From contig CABTXP010000001.1 in assembly GCA_902488815.1 (NCBI GenBank), positions 20,765 to 84,764 on the forward strand: 64,000 nucleotides of DNA, in the 5' to 3' direction. This document shows, piece by piece, positions 30,276 through 40,442 of this stretch (position 1 is its first letter; each line of letters begins with the position of its first letter). The stretch is from an uncultured Eubacteriales bacterium. GTDB taxonomy: Bacteria > Bacillota > Clostridia > Tissierellales > Peptoniphilaceae. Under the pieces are notes generated by a model that worked only from the letters and a program-made list of their open reading frames with translations, was not told where the DNA came from and made no database searches. Position numbers and translations under genes: made by a program.

Positions 30276-31146
30276 TATTAACGCAAATAAATTTAAATCG
30301 AAAAAAGAAATTTATAAAAGTCGTGACAATGCGAGACACTTCTTCCAATTTCTTTGGTTTGTAATTACAAATTCATATATTGAAGGCTTTAAAACAGGCA
30401 AAATTTACACCGGCAATCTAAAAAAACTTTGTGTGCCCGGCATGAATTGTTATTCCTGTCCGGGTGCCAAAGGCTCCTGCCCAATAGGATCTCTTCAAGC
30501 CGTAATCGGCAATTCTAATTATAAATTCAGCTACTACATAGTGGGGATATTGTTCTTTATCGGAGCATTGATGGGAAGGTTCGTCTGCGGATGGCTATGT
30601 CCCTTCGGCTTGGTTCAAGATCTCCTATACAAAATCCCCTTTGTAAAAAAACTACAGACCTTTAAAGGCGACAAGTACTTGAGAAAGATGAAATATGCTA
30701 TTTTACTCATCTTCGTTATAATACTCCCTCTATTTTTAGTAGATGTACTTGGCCAAGGTTCTCCATTTTTTTGCAAACTAATTTGTCCCGTGGGGATGCT
30801 TGAAGGCGGCATACCCTTAGTACTTTTAAACAAGGGTATGAGATCCGCCATCGGCTTCTTGTACTACTGGAAGGGCTTCATACTCATTCTTACAATTATA
30901 CTTTCAATTATAATTTACAGACCTTTTTGCAAGTATGTATGTCCCTTGGGAGCAATATACTCCCTTTTCAATCCCATCTCCATGTTCAGATACAGACTGG
31001 ACAAGGACAAATGTATTAGCTGCGGCAAGTGTAAAATGGTTTGCCAAATGAATGTAGACCCGGTTAAAAATTGCAACCACGCAGAGTGTATCAGATGCGG
31101 CAGATGTAAAAACGCCTGCCCCACACAAGCTATAGAATACAGATAA
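30268..31146 (+). CDS. Membrane polyferredoxin (4Fe-4S binding, NapH/CcoG-like)
   Basis: CVPGMNCYSCP, GRFVCGWLCPFG, FCKYVCPLG and two CxxCxxCxxxC motifs. Confidence 0.9.
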   Translation: MDNINANKFKSKKEIYKSRDNARHFFQFLWFVITNSYIEGFKTGKIYTGNLKKLCVPGMNCYSCPGAKGSCPIGSLQAVIGNSNYKFSYYIVGILFFIGALMGRFVCGWLCPFGLVQDLLYKIPFVKKLQTFKGDKYLRKMKYAILLIFVIILPLFLVDVLGQGSPFFCKLICPVGMLEGGIPLVLLNKGMRSAIGFLYYWKGFILILTIILSIIIYRPFCKYVCPLGAIYSLFNPISMFRYRLDKDKCISCGKCKMVCQMNVDPVKNCNHAECIRCGRCKNACPTQAIEYR

Positions 31147-31235
31147 AAATAAATGATGTTGTTCGAAAGAATCATAGGCTGCTATGGTTCTTTTGTTTTA
31201 CGCCGATAATTTATATAATGATGAAAGGAGGTATT

Positions 31236-31889
31236 ATGAAAATATTAGTTGTGGAAGACGACGAGGTTATAAGAGAAGGTGTAAGTGAATATTTAAGAGA
31301 ATTTAACTATACTGTCATAGAGGCCAAGGACGGCAGAGAAGCTTTGGAAAAATTCGACTCCTCTGTTAACTTGGTCATCTTGGATATTCAAATACCTTTT
31401 ATAAACGGCCTTGAAGTGTTAAAAGAAATTAGAAAAAAAAGTAATCTCCCGGTTTTAATGCTCACGGCCTTCGGTGATGAAGAGTTTAAAATCGACGCCT
31501 TTACACACTTGGCGGACGGCTACATGGAAAAGCCCTTCTCCCTTCCCGTCTTAAAGGTGAGAATAGATTCTCTAATTAAAAAAAGTTACAGCGCCGCAGA
31601 TATATTTGAGTACAAGGACACGGAAGTCAACTTCACCGGCTATACCGCAAAGGTTAACGGCGAAAGTGTGGATGTAAATGCAAAGGAGCTTGAAATACTC
31701 AAGTGCCTTTTGGAAAACGAGGGCAGAGCCCTCACTCGTTCCCAAATTTTGGACAATGTTTGGAAGGAGTCGGAAGACATACCCTTTGACAGGGTAATTG
31801 ACGTGTACATAAAAGAGCTTAGGAAGAAATTAAACTTGGACTGTATTCAAACTATTAGAAATGTAGGATATAAATTGGAGAGACTATGA
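31236..31889 (+). CDS. VncR-like OmpR-family response regulator
   Basis: IREGVSEYL, ADGYMEKPFSL, NAKELEIL and PFDRVIDVYIKELRKKL closely recall streptococcal VncR. Confidence 0.88.
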   Translation: MKILVVEDDEVIREGVSEYLREFNYTVIEAKDGREALEKFDSSVNLVILDIQIPFINGLEVLKEIRKKSNLPVLMLTAFGDEEFKIDAFTHLADGYMEKPFSLPVLKVRIDSLIKKSYSAADIFEYKDTEVNFTGYTAKVNGESVDVNAKELEILKCLLENEGRALTRSQILDNVWKESEDIPFDRVIDVYIKELRKKLNLDCIQTIRNVGYKLERL

Positions 31890-33199
31890 AGGATTTAAAA
31901 ATATTTCCCAAAATGTTTATAAGAATTTTTGCCGTCTTGGGAATAATCACCCTCTTAATTCACATGCTCGTCTTTTTTATTTTCCCAAAGACCTATCTTG
32001 AAAAGAGAAAGGAAGAAATCGCCACAAGGGCAAATGAAATCTCCGAGAGTTTGGAGGGGAGAAAAATTCAAAACATTGAAGAGGTTTTAAAATTATATTC
32101 CACAAGCAGCAAGATTAAAGCCTTTGTTCAGTCAAGTGGCGATGAAAATGCAGTGCAAATTGAAAGCAACTTGGACATAAATTTAGACAGCAATGCCAAC
32201 GCCCTCATCATTGAAGAGAGGGAAATCTCTATAGACTCCGGACAAAGTGTGAAGCTTCAATTTGTTTCTGCAGAGAACATGGAAAAGGAAGGAAAGAGTT
32301 TAAGCTTTAAATTTTTGCCCTACACTCTCTCCCTTTCCATTTTATTTTCTTTGGTCGTGTCCTTTATCTTCGCAAAGATGATTGGAGACAATGTCAATGA
32401 AATAAAAAATGTCACGGACAAGATGATGGCCCTTGACAGAAGTGCCGCCCTTAATGTGAATACAAGTGACGAGATAGGCGAGCTGAAGGCTCAGATCAAC
32501 AGCCTTTACTCCACTCTTTTAAAGTCCATGGACGATTTGGAAATTAAAAATTCGGAAATTTTAAAGTTGGAAAAATTAAAATACGACTTTTTAAAAGGCT
32601 CTTCTCACGAGCTCAAGACTCCCCTTGCAAGTCTTAAAATAATTTTGGAAAACATGAAGTACAACATCGGCAAGTACAAGGACAGAGACCTTTACATCAC
32701 CGAGTGTATAAATATTTGCGACGAACTTTCCGCCCGCATCTCCCAAATTTTAACCCTGTCTTCCATTGACAATTTAAAAGACGAAGGAGAAACTTTAAGC
32801 ATTGGGGAAGTCTTAAGTGAAGTTATAAAAAATTATGAAGTACAGGCAAGGGCAAAAAATATTGAGATTAAAAACAATATTACAGATGAAAAAATATTTA
32901 TGGGCAAGAACGCCCTTCGCATCGTCCTTTCAAATTTACTTTCCAACGCCGTAAAATATACCGACGAATATGGTAGTATAAGTATAGGCTCGGAAGAGAA
33001 TGTTTTTTACATGGAAAATACTTTTGAGAATAAAAGCGCCATAGACATTGACAAGATTTTCGACGTGAATTTTGATTTACAAAAGAAAAACAGCAACGGA
33101 CTTGGCCTTTATATTGTGGCAAATCTTTTAAAAAACTACGACATAAAGTATGGAGCCTCGCAAAGTAATTCCAAATTCAGATTTGAAATTGAACTGTAG
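31886..33199 (+). CDS. VncS-like sensor histidine kinase
   Basis: IFPKMF..FIFPKTY, HAMP (DEIGEL), SHELKTPLASLKIILENM, NAVKY, GLGL. Confidence 0.88.
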   Translation: MKDLKIFPKMFIRIFAVLGIITLLIHMLVFFIFPKTYLEKRKEEIATRANEISESLEGRKIQNIEEVLKLYSTSSKIKAFVQSSGDENAVQIESNLDINLDSNANALIIEEREISIDSGQSVKLQFVSAENMEKEGKSLSFKFLPYTLSLSILFSLVVSFIFAKMIGDNVNEIKNVTDKMMALDRSAALNVNTSDEIGELKAQINSLYSTLLKSMDDLEIKNSEILKLEKLKYDFLKGSSHELKTPLASLKIILENMKYNIGKYKDRDLYITECINICDELSARISQILTLSSIDNLKDEGETLSIGEVLSEVIKNYEVQARAKNIEIKNNITDEKIFMGKNALRIVLSNLLSNAVKYTDEYGSISIGSEENVFYMENTFENKSAIDIDKIFDVNFDLQKKNSNGLGLYIVANLLKNYDIKYGASQSNSKFRFEIEL

Positions 33200-33211
33200 A
33201 AAGGAATAAAA

Positions 33212-33763
33212 ATGTATATTTTAGAATTATATCAAGAAGGCATGAGCACAGAAGTGGGAGTGTTTGAAACAGTTGAAGAAGGTCGCAAATTTATTTCCAA
33301 GTTAAAGGGATATAAAATGGAAGAGATAGACGGCTTCACTTACGAAACCATTGACATTAAATCCATCCCGGACTACTTGGAACTAAAATACAAAAACAAA
33401 ATTGTCCCCATTACCAAGTTTATGTTTACGGAAGAAGGGGACGTGGAAATATATTGGAAGGAAATTCCAAACCTTTCCGAAGAAGGCAAGGGCATGGTGG
33501 AAGGTACCACATTGGTGGACGCATATGCCATTGAAAACTCAGACGTAAAGGGATACATTGAAAGTCGCGAGAGAAATTTCGAGACGATTAAAAAATTTTT
33601 GGAAGAAAAAAATTACGACGTCACCAGGTCCTACTTCGGCTCCGAAGACGGCGAAGCAATTTTATACAAGAAGAAGGGCGAAGGTGATTGGCACTTCTTA
33701 ACACACATGGATCCGAACTTTTCTGAAGCCGATGATTTAACCGAATACTTTGAGATGATATAA
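33212..33763 (+). CDS. Hypothetical acidic protein
   Basis: 183-aa ORF with an AAGGA RBS and a downstream terminator; no recognisable motif. Confidence 0.75.
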   Translation: MYILELYQEGMSTEVGVFETVEEGRKFISKLKGYKMEEIDGFTYETIDIKSIPDYLELKYKNKIVPITKFMFTEEGDVEIYWKEIPNLSEEGKGMVEGTTLVDAYAIENSDVKGYIESRERNFETIKKFLEEKNYDVTRSYFGSEDGEAILYKKKGEGDWHFLTHMDPNFSEADDLTEYFEMI

Positions 33764-33768
33764 AAATT

Positions 33769-33800
33769 ACCCTCTTGATTAATATGCAAGAGGGTTTTTT
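33769..33800. terminator. Terminator between convergent genes
   Basis: ACCCTCTTG...CAAGAGGGT followed by TTTTT. Confidence 0.7.
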
Positions 33801-33802
33801 AT

Positions 33803-34435
33803 CTATGATTTATGATTTATGTAGTAAAAAAGTGTGAGGAGTGAGTCATTAAGTCTTACGCTTTCAAGTATTACACCTTCCGGCACTTCCAAGTCAAGGG
33901 GTGCAAAGTTCCAGATGCCTTTTACTCCCAAGGCCACCAATGTGTCTGTAATTTCCTGTGCACAAGTTGCAGGAGTTGCAATAATTCCCACGTCAATTTT
34001 ATTTTGCTTTACAAATTCTTTAAGCTCACTCATATCCCTAACGGCAATGCCTTCCACAGATGTGCCTACCTTGGCGGGATTTGTATCAAATAGAGATTTA
34101 ACTTCGAGGCCTGAATTTTTAAAACCCTTGTATTTTGAAATAGCGCCGCCTAAGGAGCCTGAACCTATGACTACGGCCTTGCGACTTTTGTTTATTCCGA
34201 TAATCTTTGCAATTTCATCTTTTAAAACTTCAACATTGTAGCCGTAACCCTGTTGGCCGAAGCCGCCGAAGTTATTTAAGTCCTGTCTGATTTGAGATGC
34301 GGTGAAGCCTGTCTTCTCACTTAAACCTTTGGAGGAAATACGGACTTGTCCTCTTTCCGATTCTTCTTCCAAGTATCTATAATATACCGGCAGTCTTCTG
34401 ATGACCGTCTCGGATATTTTCTTTGATTCTTTCAC
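33803..34435 (-). CDS. rex: Redox-sensing transcriptional repressor Rex
   Basis: IRRLPVYYRYL, TASQIRQDL, GQQGYGY, GSGSLG, GIWNFAP. GTG start at 34435 follows AGGAGG. Confidence 0.95.
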   Translation of the reverse strand: MKESKKISETVIRRLPVYYRYLEEESERGQVRISSKGLSEKTGFTASQIRQDLNNFGGFGQQGYGYNVEVLKDEIAKIIGINKSRKAVVIGSGSLGGAISKYKGFKNSGLEVKSLFDTNPAKVGTSVEGIAVRDMSELKEFVKQNKIDVGIIATPATCAQEITDTLVALGVKGIWNFAPLDLEVPEGVILESVRLNDSLLTLFYYINHKS

Positions 34436-34526
34436 ACTAAACCTCCTACATTGATAATATTTGTTTATATTATACCAAAAGTTTAAAAACTTTGTGAATT
34501 TTGGTAAAATTTTCATGGAGGTATTT

Positions 34527-36410
34527 ATGCCCATACTAAGTGCATCGCAAATCACAAAAGATTTTTCAAATATAAATATTTTACAAGGCGTAAGCTTTTT
34601 AATAGAAGAAAAGGACAAGGTAGGCCTAATCGGAAGCAACGGCTCGGGCAAGACCACCCTCCTTCGCATACTCATAGGGGAACTTGAAATGTCTTCGGGA
34701 GAAATTCACTACTCCAAGGGACTTAAGTTCGGCTACTTGGAACAAAGTCCGAAGTTTTTCGAAACAACTCTTTACGAAGAGATGCTAAGCCCCTTTAAAG
34801 ACATTTTGCAAATGGAAGAAGACATGCGAGCCATGGAGGAAGAAATTTCAAAAGCGCCCGACAACCTGTCCGAACTTTTGGAAAAATATGCCTTGCTTCA
34901 AGAGAAGTTTCACAACTTAAACGGCTACTCAGTGAAGTCACAAGTTGAAGGCATGTTAAAGGGCTTGGGCTTTACCGAAGACCAATATGACCTTAACCCG
35001 GCAAACCTAAGCGGCGGCGAAAAGTCACGCCTGCTCCTTGGCAAGGTATTGTTAAACAACCCTGACATACTTTTTTTAGACGAGCCTACCAACCATTTGG
35101 ACTTGGACGCCGTAAGTTTTTTGGAAAAATATTTAAAAGACTTTCAAGGCACTCTCATTTTAATTTCCCACGACAGATATTTTTTAGATGCCGTGGTAAA
35201 TAAAATCTTTCTCTTGGAAAACGGCAAGGTGGAAATATACAGAGGCAACTATTCACAGTTTTATAAGCTGCGCAAAAAAGAACTTGAAGTCAGAAAGAAG
35301 CAATACGAAAATCAGCAAAGGGACATAAAGAGACAGGAAGAGATCATCAGGCGATTTAAAAATTACGGCAACGCCAGATATATAAAGCAGGCACAGAGCC
35401 GCGAAAAGCTTTTGGACAAGATGAAGAAGACCGACCCGGTCCTTGAAAAGTCACAAGCGGCAAAGATCACCTTTACCCCCAAGCTCACCACAGGCTTTAA
35501 TGTCCTTAGCGCAAAGAATTTAAAGAAGTCCTACAGCCGCACCTTGTTTCAAAATATTTCCTTCGATATATACAAAAACGACCGCATAGGTTTAATCGGT
35601 CCCAACGGCCTTGGCAAGAGTACGTTGTTTAAAATTATTATGAAGGAAGTGGAACCTGACGAGGGGGAAGTGGTCTACGGCAGCAACCTTGACATATCCT
35701 ACTTTGACCAGGAGCTTTCGGACCTTAATTTGGAGAACACGGTTATGGAAGAACTTTGGGACGCATACCCTAAGTTCAATCACTTTCAAGTCCGCTCCTA
35801 TTTAGCCAAATTTAACTTTGTAGGGGACGACATTTTTAAAATCGTAGGAGATTTAAGCGGCGGCGAAAAGGCACGTCTTTCTCTCTTAAAGCTCATGCTT
35901 AAAGGCGGCAATCTCCTTCTACTTGACGAGCCGACAAACCACTTGGATATAGATTCAAAGGAAGCACTTGAGTCCGCCCTTACGGACTTTGAAGGGACAA
36001 TACTTGCCATATCTCACGACAGATACTTTTTAAATCGCATTGCCAACAAAATTTTTGCCATGGACGAGGAAAAAATCTCCGAGTACCTGGGCAACTACGA
36101 CTACTACTTGGAAAAAATCTCTGAGACCGACGAAGAAGATGATGAAGAATATATTTCGAAGACTGAGAAGAACAGAGAGAAGAAAAATCAAAGAGAAGAG
36201 CGCGAGTTAAAGAGAGAGAAGAAGAGACAGCTTCAAAATTTGGAAGATGAAATTCACTCCTTGGAAGAGGAGCTTAAGAAGATAGACGAAGAACTGTTGG
36301 ACCCGGCCCTATATGACGACTATGAAAGGGTGGATGAAATTTCAAGAAAGAGAACTGAAGTTCAGGAGAAGTTGGACGCTCTCATGGAAGAGTGGATGGA
36401 CTTTGAATAA
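34527..36410 (+). CDS. ABC-F family ATPase (YdiF-like)
   Basis: Two ABC cassettes (GSNGSGKTT, GPNGLGKST, LSGGEK twice, DEPTNHLD twice), no TM segments, coiled-coil tail. Divergent from rex. Confidence 0.92.
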   Translation: MPILSASQITKDFSNINILQGVSFLIEEKDKVGLIGSNGSGKTTLLRILIGELEMSSGEIHYSKGLKFGYLEQSPKFFETTLYEEMLSPFKDILQMEEDMRAMEEEISKAPDNLSELLEKYALLQEKFHNLNGYSVKSQVEGMLKGLGFTEDQYDLNPANLSGGEKSRLLLGKVLLNNPDILFLDEPTNHLDLDAVSFLEKYLKDFQGTLILISHDRYFLDAVVNKIFLLENGKVEIYRGNYSQFYKLRKKELEVRKKQYENQQRDIKRQEEIIRRFKNYGNARYIKQAQSREKLLDKMKKTDPVLEKSQAAKITFTPKLTTGFNVLSAKNLKKSYSRTLFQNISFDIYKNDRIGLIGPNGLGKSTLFKIIMKEVEPDEGEVVYGSNLDISYFDQELSDLNLENTVMEELWDAYPKFNHFQVRSYLAKFNFVGDDIFKIVGDLSGGEKARLSLLKLMLKGGNLLLLDEPTNHLDIDSKEALESALTDFEGTILAISHDRYFLNRIANKIFAMDEEKISEYLGNYDYYLEKISETDEEDDEEYISKTEKNREKKNQREERELKREKKRQLQNLEDEIHSLEEELKKIDEELLDPALYDDYERVDEISRKRTEVQEKLDALMEEWMDFE

Positions 36411-36477
36411 TCCCTCGCATTGCCGAGGGATTTTTTTTGCATAATTTCGCACAAAAAAATCGACCCGAAGGTCGACA
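36409..36477. terminator. Back-to-back terminators
   Basis: ATCCCTCG..CGAGGGAT plus T run on the plus strand; GTCGACC-TTCG-GGTCGAT plus T run on the minus strand. Confidence 0.75.
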
Positions 36478-37710
36478 TTATTTTTGTATTTCTCTTTTCA
36501 TTTTTATAAAAATTATTGCGGCAATTATTTCGCACACCACAGTCATTATTAAAATTGTTGAGTTTAAATTTTTGTCATATAAATATCCCGTGATTGTCGC
36601 TCCCAAGAAGAGCGCAAGGCCGTAGCCCGTGTTGAAGACGCCGTAGCCGGTGCCTCTCTTGTCAAAAGGAGTTATGTCCGCAATGGCGGATCTCATTATA
36701 GTCTCGTGAGTTCCCATAATAATTCCGAAAATTATCATACTAACTATAATTAAATTTTTCGACATTGTAAGGCCGAAGAAGGGCAGCAGGAGTGTCACCA
36801 CAGGTATTGCTCCCAAGACTAAAATGCCGCCGTCTTTCTTCCCGGACTTTTCTTTTAACTTGTCATAAAGCCTTCCAACTATCAAAGCGGTAAGAGCATC
36901 TACAATCATTGCCACGGAATAAATCAAAGTTATCTTTCCGTCTGTTAAAATGTTTTGGGATTTCATATGGTAGCCCAAGGTCGAGAAGTTTAAAAAGCCC
37001 AAGGTGGCAAAAAATGTAAATGCCATGTACATCCAAAATATTGGCTTAAGTTTCTCCGACTTAAACTCTCTGCCGTATTCCTCGCCTAATAAGTTGCCCT
37101 TGCTGATAACTCTGTAGCTGTAGTATAAAAACAACATGAGAAGTACAAAGGGTATGAATAAAAGTTTATAACCTAAGCTGTACTCCGCCAATGTGTTTTT
37201 GCCTGTGAAATAAAATACCGCCGTAAAGATCAAAGGTCCCAAGAAAGCACCAACCTGGTCAAGGGCCTCCTGAAGTCCGAAGGCGAAGCCCACACCCACT
37301 TGATTTTCACTTATAGCTGAGAGCACCGTGTCCTTGGAAGGATTTCTTATGGCCTTTCCGATTCTCTCCATTAAAATCAAAACAAAGAGCACGTTCCAAT
37401 TTTGAGTAAAGCCCATTAAGGGCACAAAAAAGAGCATACCGTAGCCTATAAACATAAAGGCCCAAGGCTTCTTGCTCTTGTCTGAAATAACTCCCGATAT
37501 AAGCCGTAAAAAATATCCCAAGAACTCTCCGATGCCGAAGACAAGTCCCACCTTTGCGGCACTTATGCCTATTAATTCAAAGTATTGGGAGTTGGCTCCC
37601 CTTGCAGATTCATATACCATATCTCCAAGTAGAGATATAATTCCGAAAATTATAATGGCTCTAACTGCAAAATTTACATTATTATCTTTTTTAATCTTTT
37701 TCTTAGACAT
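36478..37710 (-). CDS. MFS transporter
   Basis: About 12 TM segments, SLLGDMVYE, ERIGKAIRNP, D..RGTGYG. Start overlaps the oppF stop. Confidence 0.88.
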   Translation of the reverse strand: MSKKKIKKDNNVNFAVRAIIIFGIISLLGDMVYESARGANSQYFELIGISAAKVGLVFGIGEFLGYFLRLISGVISDKSKKPWAFMFIGYGMLFFVPLMGFTQNWNVLFVLILMERIGKAIRNPSKDTVLSAISENQVGVGFAFGLQEALDQVGAFLGPLIFTAVFYFTGKNTLAEYSLGYKLLFIPFVLLMLFLYYSYRVISKGNLLGEEYGREFKSEKLKPIFWMYMAFTFFATLGFLNFSTLGYHMKSQNILTDGKITLIYSVAMIVDALTALIVGRLYDKLKEKSGKKDGGILVLGAIPVVTLLLPFFGLTMSKNLIIVSMIIFGIIMGTHETIMRSAIADITPFDKRGTGYGVFNTGYGLALFLGATITGYLYDKNLNSTILIMTVVCEIIAAIIFIKMKREIQK

Positions 37711-38638
37711 TTTTACATCTGACAAAAATATCGTCGCCCTTCTCTTTTAAATCTATCTTCATCTTGCAGCAGTTTTCGTCTCTCATAAAGCATCTGTTGT
37801 AAAACTTACAGCCGGTGCCTGAATACTCCTGTTCCTCTTCTTCCAAGACGATTTTATTTTTTTCCTCTCCGGGATAATTTTTGGGAACCGCCGAAAGAAG
37901 TGCCCTTGTATAGGGGTGTATGGGATTTGTAAAAATATTTTCCGTCTTTTGAAACTCTACAATCTCACCCATGTACATTACGGCGATTTTGTCCGCCACG
38001 TGTTCCACAACGGCCATGTCGTGAGTGATAAAAATCATGGAAATTTTATACTTCTCTTTAAGCTCCAAGAGGAGATTTATAATTTGGGCTTGAATACTCA
38101 CATCAAGAGCCGAAGTAGGTTCGTCCGCAATTAAAAGCTTGGGACTAAGTGCCAAGGCCCTCGCCACACCGATCCTCTGCCTTTGTCCTCCTGAAAACTC
38201 GTGAGGATATCTGTCATAGTGGTACTCGGAAAGTCCCGTGATCTTCATGACCTCAATAACTTCATCCTTAATGTCCCTCTTTGACCTTCCCCCTAAATTT
38301 ATAAGACCTTCGCCGATTATTTCTCCCGCTTTTTTGCGAGGGTTAATTGAAGAATAGGGGTCTTGAAATATCATCTGCACGTCTTTTCTATAGTCCTGTA
38401 ACTCCTTCGGACTCATCTTTAAGACGTCCCTGTCCTTGTACAAAATTTCCCCTTCCATGTCGTCGTAAAGCTTTACAATACATCTGGCAAGGGTACTTTT
38501 GCCGCAGCCCGACTCTCCTACAAAGCCTATGGATTCTCCTTCATTTAAGTAAAAGCTCACATAGTCCACAGCTGTTACGGTAGATTTTTTTGAAATAAAT
38601 TTTTTGGTAAGATTATTTACTTGTAAAATTTTACTCAT
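37703..38638 (-). CDS. Oligopeptide/dipeptide ABC ATPase (OppF-like)
   Basis: GESGCGKST, FQDPYSS, YPHEFSGGQRQR, HPYT. Confidence 0.92.
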   Translation of the reverse strand: MSKILQVNNLTKKFISKKSTVTAVDYVSFYLNEGESIGFVGESGCGKSTLARCIVKLYDDMEGEILYKDRDVLKMSPKELQDYRKDVQMIFQDPYSSINPRKKAGEIIGEGLINLGGRSKRDIKDEVIEVMKITGLSEYHYDRYPHEFSGGQRQRIGVARALALSPKLLIADEPTSALDVSIQAQIINLLLELKEKYKISMIFITHDMAVVEHVADKIAVMYMGEIVEFQKTENIFTNPIHPYTRALLSAVPKNYPGEEKNKIVLEEEEQEYSGTGCKFYNRCFMRDENCCKMKIDLKEKGDDIFVRCKNV

Positions 38639-39596
38639 CTCTACCTCCGTACAAAAAGCAGCTGACATAGTGACCGTCTTTATTTATTTCCACAGGATTT
38701 TTTCTCCTGCAAATTTCCATACATTCCTTGCATCTGTCTGCAAAGTAACATGAGTCCTTTAAGTCAATGGGGTTTGGCACTGAGCCTTCAATGTTGTAGA
38801 GATTTTCTTCCACCTCTCCAAGCTTCGGCCTTGCCTTTAAAAGAGCCTTGGTGTAGGGGTGAAGGGGATTTGTAAAAATCTCTTCCGTCCTTCCCTTTTC
38901 CACAGCTCGTCCCGCATACATTACTACAACTTCATCGGCCATCTCAGCCACAACTCCGAAGTCGTGTGTGATAAACATAATGGAAGTGTTAAATTCCTCT
39001 TTAAGCTCTCTCATAAGTTCCAAGACCCGAGCCTGGATTGTCACGTCAAGGGCCGTCGTCGGTTCGTCGGCGATTAAAAGCTTGGGCTCCGATGAAAGTG
39101 CCATGGCAATCATAACCCTTTGACATTGGCCGCCGGAAAGCTCGTGTGGATATGAGTTGTAAATTTTTTCAGCACGAGGAAGCTTTACTCTCTTTAACAT
39201 TTCAATGGACTTTGCCTTTGCAGTCTTTTTGTCCATGTCAAAGTGAGTTCTGAAGACTTCACTTACCTGGTAACCGATTTTAAGAGCGGGATTTAAAGAC
39301 GTCATAGGCTCCTGAAAGATCATGGAAATGTCCTTGCCTCTTATTTTTCGCATTTCTTCCGGCGAAAGTTTTAAAAGGTCCTTCCCTTCAAATAAAATTT
39401 CTCCGTCTATAATGGATGTTTTTTTATCTAAAATTCCCATGAGGGTACTTGCCGTAACACTTTTGCCGCATCCGGACTCGCCCACTACCGCCACGGTCTT
39501 TCCTTCGCCTATTTGAAAGGAGACGCCGTTTACAGCCTTTATAATTCCCTTGGGACTTTTAAAATATGTGTGTAGATCATTTATTTTAAGTAACAT
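38631..39596 (-). CDS. Oligopeptide/dipeptide ABC ATPase (OppD-like)
   Basis: GESGCGKSVT, FQEPMTSLNP, DEPTTALDVTIQA. Confidence 0.92.
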   Translation of the reverse strand: MLLKINDLHTYFKSPKGIIKAVNGVSFQIGEGKTVAVVGESGCGKSVTASTLMGILDKKTSIIDGEILFEGKDLLKLSPEEMRKIRGKDISMIFQEPMTSLNPALKIGYQVSEVFRTHFDMDKKTAKAKSIEMLKRVKLPRAEKIYNSYPHELSGGQCQRVMIAMALSSEPKLLIADEPTTALDVTIQARVLELMRELKEEFNTSIMFITHDFGVVAEMADEVVVMYAGRAVEKGRTEEIFTNPLHPYTKALLKARPKLGEVEENLYNIEGSVPNPIDLKDSCYFADRCKECMEICRRKNPVEINKDGHYVSCFLYGGRDE

Positions 39597-39598
39597 CT

Positions 39599-40438
39599 CT
39601 ACCTCCCTAATTTCGGATCAAGAGCATCCCTAAGTCCGTCTCCCACAATGTTTAGTGCCAAAATTGTAAGGGCAATTGAAATGCCGGGAAACATTGTAAT
39701 GTGAGGATAGTCTCTTATAAATTCTCTGCCTTCCGAAAGCATTTGTCCCCATTCAGGCATTGGGGGTTCAATTCCCATGCCTATAAAGGAAAGGCTCGCC
39801 GCAGATAAAATTGCATAGCCTACTCCCAATGTCATTTGAACTATGACGGGAGCCAAGCAGTTGGGCAAAATTTCTTTAAACATAAGGGACGTATTACTTG
39901 CCCCCAATACTCTTGAGGCTTCCACAAATTCCTTGCCCTTGACGCTCATTACCTGTCCTCTTACAATTCTTGCATAGCCGGGAATTGAAGATACTGACAC
40001 GGCAATAATAAGGCTCTTCATGCCGCCGCCTAAGGATGCCGCAATGGCAATTGCAAGTACAAGGCCGGGTATTGAAAGCATTATGTCCATAATTCTCATG
40101 AGAATATTGTCCAAAGCTCCGCCATAAAATCCGCAAATAAGTCCGATGACAATTCCCGATACAGTGGCTATTGCCATGGAAATAAATCCGATTTTAAGGG
40201 AAACTCTTGCGCCATACAAAATTCGTGTGAAAATATCTCTTCCGAATTTGTCCGTGCCCATTATGTGAGCCTTGGATGGAGTCAAAAACTTTTCATCTAA
40301 ATTTTGGGTGTAGTAGTCGTACTTTGTAAGTACCGGGGCAAAAATTGCCGCCAAAATAATTACAGCTAAAACCATGATACCGATGAGAGCCAGTTTGTTT
40401 TTGGCAAATCTCTTTATAAAATCATTAAATCTCTTCAC
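39599..40438 (-). CDS. Oligopeptide ABC permease (OppC-like)
   Basis: GTDKFGRD, YGARVSL, LSFIGMG, PEWGQML. Confidence 0.92.
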   Translation of the reverse strand: MKRFNDFIKRFAKNKLALIGIMVLAVIILAAIFAPVLTKYDYYTQNLDEKFLTPSKAHIMGTDKFGRDIFTRILYGARVSLKIGFISMAIATVSGIVIGLICGFYGGALDNILMRIMDIMLSIPGLVLAIAIAASLGGGMKSLIIAVSVSSIPGYARIVRGQVMSVKGKEFVEASRVLGASNTSLMFKEILPNCLAPVIVQMTLGVGYAILSAASLSFIGMGIEPPMPEWGQMLSEGREFIRDYPHITMFPGISIALTILALNIVGDGLRDALDPKLGR

Positions 40439-40442
40439 AGAC

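Noticed and set aside
28986..31146. Selenocysteine recoding in the redox operon
   Set aside because: All CXXC motifs are encoded by Cys codons, with no in-frame TGA.
34461..34478. Rex operator (TTGTTTATATTATACCAA) upstream of rex
   Set aside because: Three mismatches to TTGTTAA-N4-TTAACAA in AT-rich DNA. Plausible but not supportable.
33803..34675. ORF-track 290-aa Rex and 649-aa ABC-F with overlapping N-termini
   Set aside because: RBS positions and homology place the starts at 34435 (GTG) and 34527 (ATG), so there is no real overlap.
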